From: Spirochaetales bacterium
Lineage (GTDB): Bacteria; Spirochaetota; Spirochaetia; JABEVK01
DNA: 64,000 nt
Direction of reading: 5' to 3'
Assembly (NCBI GenBank): GCA_037142615.1
Contig: JBAXAI010000003.1
Location: 129,028-193,027 of the forward strand
The position numbers and the translations under genes were made by a program. The notes beneath the pieces were generated by a model. The model was given only the letters and a program-made list of their open reading frames with translations, did no database searches and had not been told where the DNA came from. Of this stretch, positions 20,894-28,511 are shown one piece after another (the first letter of the stretch is position 1; each line of letters begins with the position of its first letter).

Positions 20894-21359
20894 GCCCGCG
20901 GCTGACGAGGTCCAACCTCGGGTTCACGGGCGGGTTAGCCAGGGGCAGGGTCGAGGCGTAGTACTTGAGATGCTGAATCTGGGCCCGCACCCCCTCGCGG
21001 GGCGAAGCAAAGCTGAGCGACGCCGAACCGCCATCCACGGCTCCGAGGCCGGCGAAATTGTACTGCCCCAGTCGGACCTGGTTACCAAAGCGAAGGTACG
21101 ACGTCTCGAGACACATCTGGGCAAAGGCCAGATCGGTATTCACACCCTCGGACGCCGCCTCTTCCTCGTAAAGCAGGGCCAGGTTGAGCGCAAAACCTTG
21201 GCCAAGGCTGGGATTCTGTGACGTGAGGAAAGTCGCCCTCTGCTGCGCCGAAAGCGAAGGCGGCGCCATAATGAAAGGGTTGATGGCCAAAGTAGGCGAG
21301 GTGGCAAAAGCGACGACCGGGAGAAGCAACACAAGCAACCGGACGGACGACTTACGCAT
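20784..21359 (-). CDS. Secreted glucosaminidase-domain (GH73-like) peptidoglycan hydrolase
   Basis: Signal peptide; [36 protein letters not shown]. Confidence 0.88.
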   Translation of the reverse strand: MRKSSVRLLVLLLPVVAFATSPTLAINPFIMAPPSLSAQQRATFLTSQNPSLGQGFALNLALLYEEEAASEGVNTDLAFAQMCLETSYLRFGNQVRLGQYNFAGLGAVDGGSASLSFASPREGVRAQIQHLKYYASTLPLANPPVNPRLDLVSRGRAPSLWQLAGTWASDPAYGQKLLALLQRMHGHSPTP

Positions 21360-21445
21360 CGTGCCGCCGATGGTATCAGGGTTTACTCACCTTGACAAAT
21401 AGCTCTTGTCAAAGGCCGAGATGTGGCCTATATTGAACTTAGTTT

Positions 21446-21463
21446 TTGTGAACAGCAGTACAA
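21446..21463. promoter_or_regulatory. Putative Rex operator upstream of rex
   Basis: TTGTGAA-CAGC-AGTACAA versus Rex consensus TTGTGAA-N4-TTCACAA, 5 nt before the ATG. Confidence 0.45.
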
Positions 21464-21467
21464 CAAA

Positions 21468-22100
21468 ATGAATGGAACACTAAATAAAGAACTGGTTATT
21501 CGTCTGTTGAAATACAGGCGCATTCTCACGCAGCTGAAAAGCCTCGGCTTTGAGAAAGTGTTCTCGAACAATCTCGGCGATGCCATTGGTGTCGCCCCGG
21601 CCTTGGTGCGCAAGGACTTCTCGCTGCTGGTGCTGGGTGGAAACAAACGCGGCGGCTACAACATCGACTACCTGACTGAGCAGCTCGGCCTCATTTTGGG
21701 CAAAACGAGCGAACAGAAGATCGTCATTCTCGGCATGGGCAAGATCGGAACGGCCATCGCCCAGTACAAGGGCTTCCTGCAGGGCGACTTCGAAGTCGCG
21801 GCCGGCTTTGACGTCCGCCCTGTCGCCTTGCCTGATACCCTGGCCACCAAAGTCTACCGGATAGAAGAGTTGCCGTCGTTCTGCGAAAAGAACAACATCC
21901 AGGTCGCCATCCTCGCGGTTCCCGAAGACGTGGCCACCGAAAGCCACAAACTCCTCAAGGAAGCGGGGATCCGGGGAATCCTGAACTTCACCCCCGTTGA
22001 ATTGAAAACCACCTCGAATTGTATTATTCATAACATCAACATCGGGGTTGAAATCGAAAACCTGTTCTTTCAGGTGATCCGCAACGGCCTCGGCGAATAG
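21468..22100 (+). CDS. rex: Redox-sensing transcriptional repressor Rex
   Basis: RLLKYRR, VRKDFS...GGY, GMGKIG Rossmann motif, AGFD, GILNFTP. Confidence 0.93.
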   Translation: MNGTLNKELVIRLLKYRRILTQLKSLGFEKVFSNNLGDAIGVAPALVRKDFSLLVLGGNKRGGYNIDYLTEQLGLILGKTSEQKIVILGMGKIGTAIAQYKGFLQGDFEVAAGFDVRPVALPDTLATKVYRIEELPSFCEKNNIQVAILAVPEDVATESHKLLKEAGIRGILNFTPVELKTTSNCIIHNINIGVEIENLFFQVIRNGLGE

Positions 22101-22125
22101 TTCACTGCCTGCCTAGGAGCTCCCC

Positions 22126-22656
22126 ATGGAAACTGACCCTACCCTCAAAATCCTCAAAATGGTTCAGGAAGGCTTTTTGACTGCTGAACAGGGCCAGCGG
22201 CTCATTCAGGAGTTGCAGAACTCATCGAAGTCCGAAGTTCCACCGAAGAGCGATGACCCGGCGCGCGAGTTGCCCAAAGAGGAACACGCCGACCCGAGTT
22301 CGGAGTTGTTCCGCATGGTCGAAGATGCCGGCAAGACCTTCGCCAAGGGCTTTGAACAACTGTTCGGTTTCGCCAGCCAAACCGTCAAGGATGGCTTGGG
22401 CCTCGGTCCGCAGAATGTGGTGCTCAAGGTGCTCGACCTCGAGGGTGGCAAGGAACGCTACCAAGTCACCATCCCGCTCAAGATTTTCACGGCCCTCAAG
22501 CCTCTACTAACCTCCACACCGCCCATGATTGTCCACCCCATCCAGCAGATTGACTACGAGGCCTTGTTCCGCAGCCTGGAATCGGGCGAAACCGGCAAGG
22601 TGTTCGAGTACCTCGACCACGCCAAGGGAGACCGGTTCGAGGTTTGGGTGATTTGA
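22126..22656 (+). CDS. Hypothetical protein with N-terminal SHOCT-like (YvlB/DUF2089-like) helix
   Basis: KILKMVQEGFLTAEQGQRLI; AGGAG RBS. Confidence 0.6.
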   Translation: METDPTLKILKMVQEGFLTAEQGQRLIQELQNSSKSEVPPKSDDPARELPKEEHADPSSELFRMVEDAGKTFAKGFEQLFGFASQTVKDGLGLGPQNVVLKVLDLEGGKERYQVTIPLKIFTALKPLLTSTPPMIVHPIQQIDYEALFRSLESGETGKVFEYLDHAKGDRFEVWVI

Positions 22657-22657
22657 C

Positions 22658-23278
22658 CGCCCCGGAACCAAGCCTGGCTTCTTGGCCGATACCAGTTGGT
22701 TGGCTGTGCCGTGCACGCTGGACTGGCAATTCCGCAACACAGTCGACGGCTTCAAGCTGCTGTGGAGCGACGGTATCTTTGGCGAAATGGCGGTGTTCGA
22801 ACCGCAGGAGCTCGCCGCCATCCCCTTCGCTCCTGGACGCGTGGTCTGGTCGACCTCGGGCTTTGACACTTCGCTGCTCGAGCCGCGCAATCCTTCGGGA
22901 CATTTGCGACGGCCCGACAACCTCGACTACGTGGTGGGCGAACTGCTGAGTTGCCTGTTCGTCGGTCTGTGTCGGTTCCAGCGAGGCGAAAAGCTCTCGG
23001 CGTGGCGCTTTGTGCAAACCTATTGCCTCGATCGGTTTTTGGAAATCGTGGACCTGACGTCGCAGCCCCAGCCTGGGTTTGGCGACCTGTACGTGCGCGA
23101 CCGGCGCTTCGAGGTGCGCTACCCAGCCGAGGCGGCGCAGCTGGCGTCGATCCTCACCGGCTACGAGGGCACCCCGAAGGCGGCGCTGGCGCTCCTGGAC
23201 TGGACCAAGGCGCGCGCGCCCGTGAATGCCGGGCTCGAGGGGCGAATCCGCGAGCTCGCTGTCAACACAACCAGTTGA
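22658..23278 (+). pseudogene. LinB/AadK-like nucleotidyltransferase lacking its N-terminal catalytic segment
   Basis: Aligns to paralog 27738-28511 from RPGTKPGFLADTSWL onward; the GS...SDLD part is absent; in-frame stop at 22649. Confidence 0.65.
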
Positions 23279-23332
23279 TTCCCTGACCAACTCGGTCAGG
23301 TCGGCTATACTGGGCCCCGTTCCGGAGGGTCC

Positions 23333-25144
23333 ATGGCGCTGATCGGTCTGCAGGAGATTCACTACACCATCGGGGGCCTCCAACTCTTTGCCGGGGCCTC
23401 AATTCAGATTGAGACCGGTGACAGGCTGTGCCTGGTAGGCCGCAATGGGGCCGGCAAGTCGACCTTGCTCAACCTGATGCAGGGCAAGCTCGCCCTCGAC
23501 AAGGGCGAAGTGAGCCGCCAACAGGGCCTGCGAATCGCCACGCTGGATCAAGAACTGCCTTCCGCTCCGGGAAAGTCGGCCCTCGAAGCGGCGCTGGAAG
23601 CCTTCCCTGTCAGCGCCGAGCCCTGGGAACAGGAACGCAAGGCCCGCCAATACCTGAGCAAGCTGGGAGTGGAGCCTGAAGCCGACTTTGGCGCTCTGTC
23701 GGGCGGCAATAAGCGCCGCGCCGCCCTCGCCGGGGCCTTGGCCTGCGAACCCGACCTGTTGCTCCTGGATGAGCCCACCAACCACCTCGACATCGAAACC
23801 ATCGCCTGGCTCGAGGATGCTCTGGTCGTCTTCCGAGGCGCGGTGGTGTTCGTCACCCACGACCGGCAGTTTGCCCGCCGCGTCGCTACCCGTGTGGCCG
23901 AAGTGGACCGAGGCCGCCTGATCGCCTTCGCCTGCGGTTGGGACGCCTTTTTGGAACGCCGCGAGGCCGTGCTCGAGGCCGAGGACAAGCGCTGGGCCGA
24001 GTTCGAAAAAAAGCTGGCCGCCGAGGAAGTCTGGGTGCGACGCGGCGTCAAGGCCCGCCTCAAGCGCAACGAAGGCCGCGTGAAGGCCCTGCTCAAAATG
24101 CGCCAAGAGATGGACGACCGACGCCACAAGACCGCTGACGCCCGCATGACGCTGCAAGAGGCTGAGCGCTCGGGCGACCTGGTGTTCGAGGCGCGGCACT
24201 TGGGCTTCACCTACCCGGGGCGACAGGTGCTGCGCGACTTTACCCGCACCGTGATGCGCCGCGAACGCATCGGCATCATTGGCCGCAACGGAACGGGCAA
24301 GACGACGCTGCTGCGTCTACTTTTCGGCGACCTGCACGCCTCCCATGGGCATTTGCACCGGGGCACCAACCTGCAGGTGCTGTACTTCGATCAGCTTCGC
24401 AGCCAGCTCGACCTCACGAAGTCCGTACAGGACAATGTGGGCGGCGGGTACGATACGGTGGAGATCGGCGGCAAACACCAGCATATCCTGGGGTACCTGG
24501 ACCGCTTTTTGTTTAGCGCCGAGCGGGCCCGGGCTAGCGCCAGCATTCTGTCGGGGGGTGAGCGCAACCGGTTGTTGCTGGCCAAGCTGTTCACCCGTCC
24601 CAGCAACGTGTTGGTGCTCGACGAACCGACGAATGACCTCGACGCCGAAACCCTCGATCTGCTCGAAGAGCTCCTGTTGGAATACCGAGGCACCATCTTC
24701 CTCGTCAGTCACGACCGCGAGTTTCTCGACAACGTGGTGACCAGCACCTGGAGCTTCAACGACGATGCCACGCTCGACGAAACCCCGGGCGGCTGGACCG
24801 ATTGGGCCGCGTGGCAGGTGCGCAAAAAAGCCGCGCTCCTGGAAGTGGCCCGAGGCGCCAAAGTCGACGCGGGTTCCGAGTCGGGGGCGAGTGCCTCGGG
24901 TGGCGCAAAAGTCCGCAAACGGAGCTTCAAAGAAGAGCGTGAGCTCGAAACCCTGCCCGCCAAGATCGAAGCCCTCGATGCCGAAATCACCGGCCTGCAC
25001 GACCGCATGGCCGACCCCGGCTTTTACAAATCGGCGGGTGCCGGCGTGGCCGAAGTGACGGCACGCCTGAGCGCTGCGGAGGCCGAACTGAGCGTCGCCT
25101 ACGCGCGGTGGGAAGAGCTGGAGGCTCTGGCGGGCTCAACTTGA
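23333..25144 (+). CDS. uup: ABC-F family ATPase (Uup-like)
   Basis: Two ABC cassettes (GRNGAGKS, LSGG, LDEPTNHLD; GRNGTGKT, LDEPTNDLD), KARLKRNEGRVKAL linker, C-terminal RWEELE. Confidence 0.9.
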   Translation: MALIGLQEIHYTIGGLQLFAGASIQIETGDRLCLVGRNGAGKSTLLNLMQGKLALDKGEVSRQQGLRIATLDQELPSAPGKSALEAALEAFPVSAEPWEQERKARQYLSKLGVEPEADFGALSGGNKRRAALAGALACEPDLLLLDEPTNHLDIETIAWLEDALVVFRGAVVFVTHDRQFARRVATRVAEVDRGRLIAFACGWDAFLERREAVLEAEDKRWAEFEKKLAAEEVWVRRGVKARLKRNEGRVKALLKMRQEMDDRRHKTADARMTLQEAERSGDLVFEARHLGFTYPGRQVLRDFTRTVMRRERIGIIGRNGTGKTTLLRLLFGDLHASHGHLHRGTNLQVLYFDQLRSQLDLTKSVQDNVGGGYDTVEIGGKHQHILGYLDRFLFSAERARASASILSGGERNRLLLAKLFTRPSNVLVLDEPTNDLDAETLDLLEELLLEYRGTIFLVSHDREFLDNVVTSTWSFNDDATLDETPGGWTDWAAWQVRKKAALLEVARGAKVDAGSESGASASGGAKVRKRSFKEERELETLPAKIEALDAEITGLHDRMADPGFYKSAGAGVAEVTARLSAAEAELSVAYARWEELEALAGST

Positions 25145-25145
25145 C

Positions 25146-25175
25146 TTGCCCCGATGTAAGGAAATCCCTTACACT
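25146..25175 (+). promoter_or_regulatory. TA promoter with overlapping operator
   Basis: TTGCCC-N18-TACACT; inverted repeat TGTAAGG-N5-CCTTACA at 25155-25173. Confidence 0.6.
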
Positions 25176-25181
25176 GAAGCC

Positions 25182-25397
25182 ATGATCACCAGCCGCCTGA
25201 CCAGCAAAGCCCAGACGACCATACCACAGCCGATTCGGGCTGCGTTGCATCTCAAGGAAGGCGACGACTTGGCCTACGCCATCGAAAAGGGCCGGGTCAT
25301 TCTTACGCGGGCCAAGTCCGAGCCTACAGACGATCCCTTCGCCACCTTCGGCGAGTGGGACTCCGAGGAAGACAGGAGGGCCTATGGCGAGCTTTGA
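25182..25397 (+). CDS. AbrB/MazE (PrlF-like) antitoxin
   Basis: SRLTSKAQTTIPQPIRAALHLKEGDDL; acidic tail EWDSEEDRRAY. Confidence 0.9.
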   Translation: MITSRLTSKAQTTIPQPIRAALHLKEGDDLAYAIEKGRVILTRAKSEPTDDPFATFGEWDSEEDRRAYGEL

Positions 25398-25728
25398 CGT
25401 TGGCGAGGTGATCAAGGTGCCGTTCCCGTACACCGACCGACCTGTCCGCGAACGACGACCCGCGCTGGTCGTGGCAAACGGTGGTGCGCTGAAGGAGCCG
25501 GGGCTGTTGTGGGTACTCATGGTGACCTCGGCAGCCCATCGACGCTGGCCGGGTGACGTCGCAGTGAGCGATCTGTCGGGGGCCGGGCTGCCCGTTCCGT
25601 CGGTTGTCCGGACAGCCAAGATTGCGACCATCGAGGCGCAGGAAGCACTCCCGCTGGGGCGACTTTCGGCTGCCGACGACTTGCTGGTCCGCCATGAACT
25701 CGACCAGACTTGGAAACGGGGGAGTTAG
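25384..25728 (+). CDS. PemK/MazF family toxin
   Basis: VPFPYTD...RRPALVV...MVTS...GLPVPSVVR..KIAT. Confidence 0.9.
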   Translation: MASFDVGEVIKVPFPYTDRPVRERRPALVVANGGALKEPGLLWVLMVTSAAHRRWPGDVAVSDLSGAGLPVPSVVRTAKIATIEAQEALPLGRLSAADDLLVRHELDQTWKRGS

Positions 25729-25730
25729 CC

Positions 25731-27068
25731 ATGGCCAAAAAAAAGACCGCGTACATCTGCAACGCCTGCCAGCACGAAGAATCGCGTTGGCTGGGAAGGT
25801 GCCCGCAATGTGGCACCTGGAACAGCTTCAGCGAAGAGGTCGTGGCCAACACGCCCAAGGCCGCCCCGCTCCCCGGCGCCCCGCGCGCCACCTCGGGTGG
25901 GCACAGCATTCCGTTGGCAGCGCTCGAGGCCCAAAGCGATCTGCGCATCGACGCGGGCATCGGCGAGGTGAACCAGGTGCTCGGCGGTGGCATCATCCGA
26001 GGCGCGTCGGTGCTCATCGGTGGCGAACCCGGCATCGGCAAGTCGACGCTCTTGCTGCAATTGGCCGCCAAGGTAAAAACCGCCGGCCGCGTGCTCTACA
26101 TCACTGGCGAGGAGTCGGCCGCGCAGATCAAGATGCGGGCCGATCGGCTCGGTATCTCGCGGCAGGGTCTGGAGATCCTCGTTGAGACTCACGTTCCTGT
26201 CATCAACAACGTGCTCGAAAAGATCAAGCCGGTGCTGGTCATCGTCGACAGCATCCAGACGCTTTACAACCCCGAGGCCGGTGAAGTGCCGGGCACGGTC
26301 AACCAGCTCAAGTACGGCTGCCACGAGATCCTCAGCTGGTGCAAGGAACACGAGACTTCGAGCTTCCTCATCGCGCATGTGACCAAGGGGGGCCAGATCG
26401 CGGGCCCCAAGGTGATCGAGCACATGGTCGACACGGTGCTGCACTTCGAGCAGGCCGCAGGCGACATTCGCATCCTGCGTGCCACCAAGAACCGCTTCGG
26501 CAGCGTCGACGAGGTGGGGCTGTTCACGATGGACGAAAAGGGCCTGAACGAGGTGACCAACCCGGCGTCGATCTTTCTTATCCAGCGCGAGGGTGAGCTT
26601 CCGCCGGGCATCAGCGTGGCGCCGATTTTCGAAGGAAGCCGGGCGCTGTTGGTGGAGCTTCAGGCACTCACGGTACCGGCCAAGGGCGGCATGAGCCGGG
26701 TATTCAGCGACCGCATCGACTCGGGCCGGGTGAGCCGCATTGCCGCCATCCTGGAAAAACACACGGGCCTCAAGTTCAGCGAACAAGACATTTACGTGAA
26801 CGTGGCAGGGGGAATGCGCATCAGCGACCCCGGGGCCGATCTGCCGTTGGCGCTGGCCTTGTACAGCGCACGCACCGGTCAGCCCCTGCCCCCCGGCGTC
26901 GCCAGCGCCGGCGAGCTCAGCTTGGCTGGCGAGGTGCGCCCCACCACCCACCTGCGCCGCCGGGTCAAGGCCGCCAACGACCTGGGTTTCGACCGCGTGG
27001 TCGTCCCCGAACCGGGCAAAATCCGCCGCATCCAAGATGCGCTCAAACTGATCTGGAAGGATAAGTGA
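25731..27068 (+). CDS. radA: DNA repair protein RadA/Sms
   Basis: C4 zinc finger, GEPGIGKST, KNRFG, DIYVNVAGG, GELSLAGEVR. Confidence 0.97.
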   Translation: MAKKKTAYICNACQHEESRWLGRCPQCGTWNSFSEEVVANTPKAAPLPGAPRATSGGHSIPLAALEAQSDLRIDAGIGEVNQVLGGGIIRGASVLIGGEPGIGKSTLLLQLAAKVKTAGRVLYITGEESAAQIKMRADRLGISRQGLEILVETHVPVINNVLEKIKPVLVIVDSIQTLYNPEAGEVPGTVNQLKYGCHEILSWCKEHETSSFLIAHVTKGGQIAGPKVIEHMVDTVLHFEQAAGDIRILRATKNRFGSVDEVGLFTMDEKGLNEVTNPASIFLIQREGELPPGISVAPIFEGSRALLVELQALTVPAKGGMSRVFSDRIDSGRVSRIAAILEKHTGLKFSEQDIYVNVAGGMRISDPGADLPLALALYSARTGQPLPPGVASAGELSLAGEVRPTTHLRRRVKAANDLGFDRVVVPEPGKIRRIQDALKLIWKDK

Positions 27069-27751
27069 CCGAAGGCCCAGAGGCCGAGTTGCCGCCACGC
27101 CCCTCGCCGGCGACGCTCGAGCGGCTGGCGCTGATGGCGGCCATGCTGGCTGATCTTGCCGCCGCTTACCGCGACAAAGTGACCAGCAACGACCTCGCGC
27201 GCTGGCTGGGGACGACCGCGGCAACGGTGCGCAAGGACATTGGCTGGACCCGTGGCGGCCCAAGTGGCGTGATAGGCCGTTCAGCCTATCACCCCGGCGA
27301 GGGCCCACCCGCCGGCAGCTTAGGCGGAACAGCCTATCCTGTCGCCGAGTTGGCCCTGCGAATCCAAGCCTATTTGCACCCGGAGCCGAGGGTGCCGCTC
27401 AAGACGGGCTTGGCGGGACTGAGCGACGCCGGGCTTGCCTTCGCCAGCGACTTGCAGCGCGAGCCAGAAGGTCCTTACCGCCTGCTCGCGGGTTTCGACT
27501 CCCGGGCCAACCGGCTGGAACAACTCGAAGTGACGTTTCCGCTTTGGCCAACGACCGACATCACGGCCGTGAGCCTGAAGTTGGGGCTCGAAGCGGCCAT
27601 CCTGATGGTGCCTGCCGGCGACGCCCAGCGGGTAGCCGAGCGCTTCGTGCAAGGCGGCGTACGGCGACTGGTCAACTACTCTTCGGCGGTGCTGCGCCTC
27701 AACCGACGGCAGGTGTGGGTGCGCGAGTGCGGGGTGTTCACCGGGGCGTGA
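27065..27751 (+). CDS. Divergent Rex-like protein
   Basis: ATLERL, VTSNDLA, TVRKDI wHTH; AGFD; VNYS; the Rossmann GxGxxG is degenerate (AGLSDAG). Confidence 0.75.
   Translation: MTEGPEAELPPRPSPATLERLALMAAMLADLAAAYRDKVTSNDLARWLGTTAATVRKDIGWTRGGPSGVIGRSAYHPGEGPPAGSLGGTAYPVAELALRIQAYLHPEPRVPLKTGLAGLSDAGLAFASDLQREPEGPYRLLAGFDSRANRLEQLEVTFPLWPTTDITAVSLKLGLEAAILMVPAGDAQRVAERFVQGGVRRLVNYSSAVLRLNRRQVWVRECGVFTGA
27269..27338. repeat. REP-like palindromic element pair inside rex-like CDS
   Basis: GTGATAGGCCGTTCAGCCTATCAC (27269-27292) and an inverted partial copy TAGGCGGAACAGCCTATC (27321-27338). Confidence 0.65.
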
Positions 27752-28511
27752 TTGGTTCGACCACCGCCAGGCGTCGAATGGCCGCAGAAACAGCCGGGTC
27801 GATCTCGCCCAAGGTTTCCAGCGCCGAAAGAACCTGCATCGCTACCGCGACAAAGTCGTTCCAGCTACCGAAGGCCGCCGACACCACCGGACCCACCCCT
27901 GGGTACAGGAACTCGAACCGACGGCGAGGCGAAAAGGGGTCGCCCCGCGTCGAAGTCGAGTCACGGCGCAACAACTCCACGACGGCGCCAAGAACCTCAA
28001 CATGAAGTCGTTCCCACGCCGCCAGAATCTCGCCACGCAGGTAGCGCCCCAGCGCCACGAACAGTTGGCAGGCAGCCTCGTTCAGCCAGTATTCCGTGCT
28101 CTTTGCAGGGGCCGCGGGGAAGCTGACTCGGCTTGTCGCCAGCGACCGATCGAACTCGGTAGCGGCCCAAACGATCCTGGCGGGTGCGTACAGAATGGTG
28201 GCCAGATGCTCGGTCGTGACGATCCCAAACTCCGCAAACACATCGCCGTCGAAGAGAACCTTCCAAGCATCAGGAAGATACCGAAAGCGCCAAAGCGGAA
28301 CAGCCGCCGCCTCCAGCCAACTGAGGGAGCTTTGAGCCTCGGTCGCGAACTCCGGCTTCACGACGACAAAGAAGTCCAAGTCGGACCATTGGTCGAGCCG
28401 GGCATACTCGGGGCCGCAGGAGCCGGTTCCGAGAACCGCCAGAAAACGACCATCGGCGGCGACGCCGTGGCCGATCGACTCAAGAAGGTCCCAGCGAGTT
28501 TGGTCTACCAT
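27738..28511 (-). CDS. LinB/AadK-like nucleotidyltransferase
   Basis: LGTGS...RLDQWSDLDFFVVV, GRYLRGE, DPFSPRRRFE. Confidence 0.8.
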   Translation of the reverse strand: MVDQTRWDLLESIGHGVAADGRFLAVLGTGSCGPEYARLDQWSDLDFFVVVKPEFATEAQSSLSWLEAAAVPLWRFRYLPDAWKVLFDGDVFAEFGIVTTEHLATILYAPARIVWAATEFDRSLATSRVSFPAAPAKSTEYWLNEAACQLFVALGRYLRGEILAAWERLHVEVLGAVVELLRRDSTSTRGDPFSPRRRFEFLYPGVGPVVSAAFGSWNDFVAVAMQVLSALETLGEIDPAVSAAIRRLAVVEPITPR

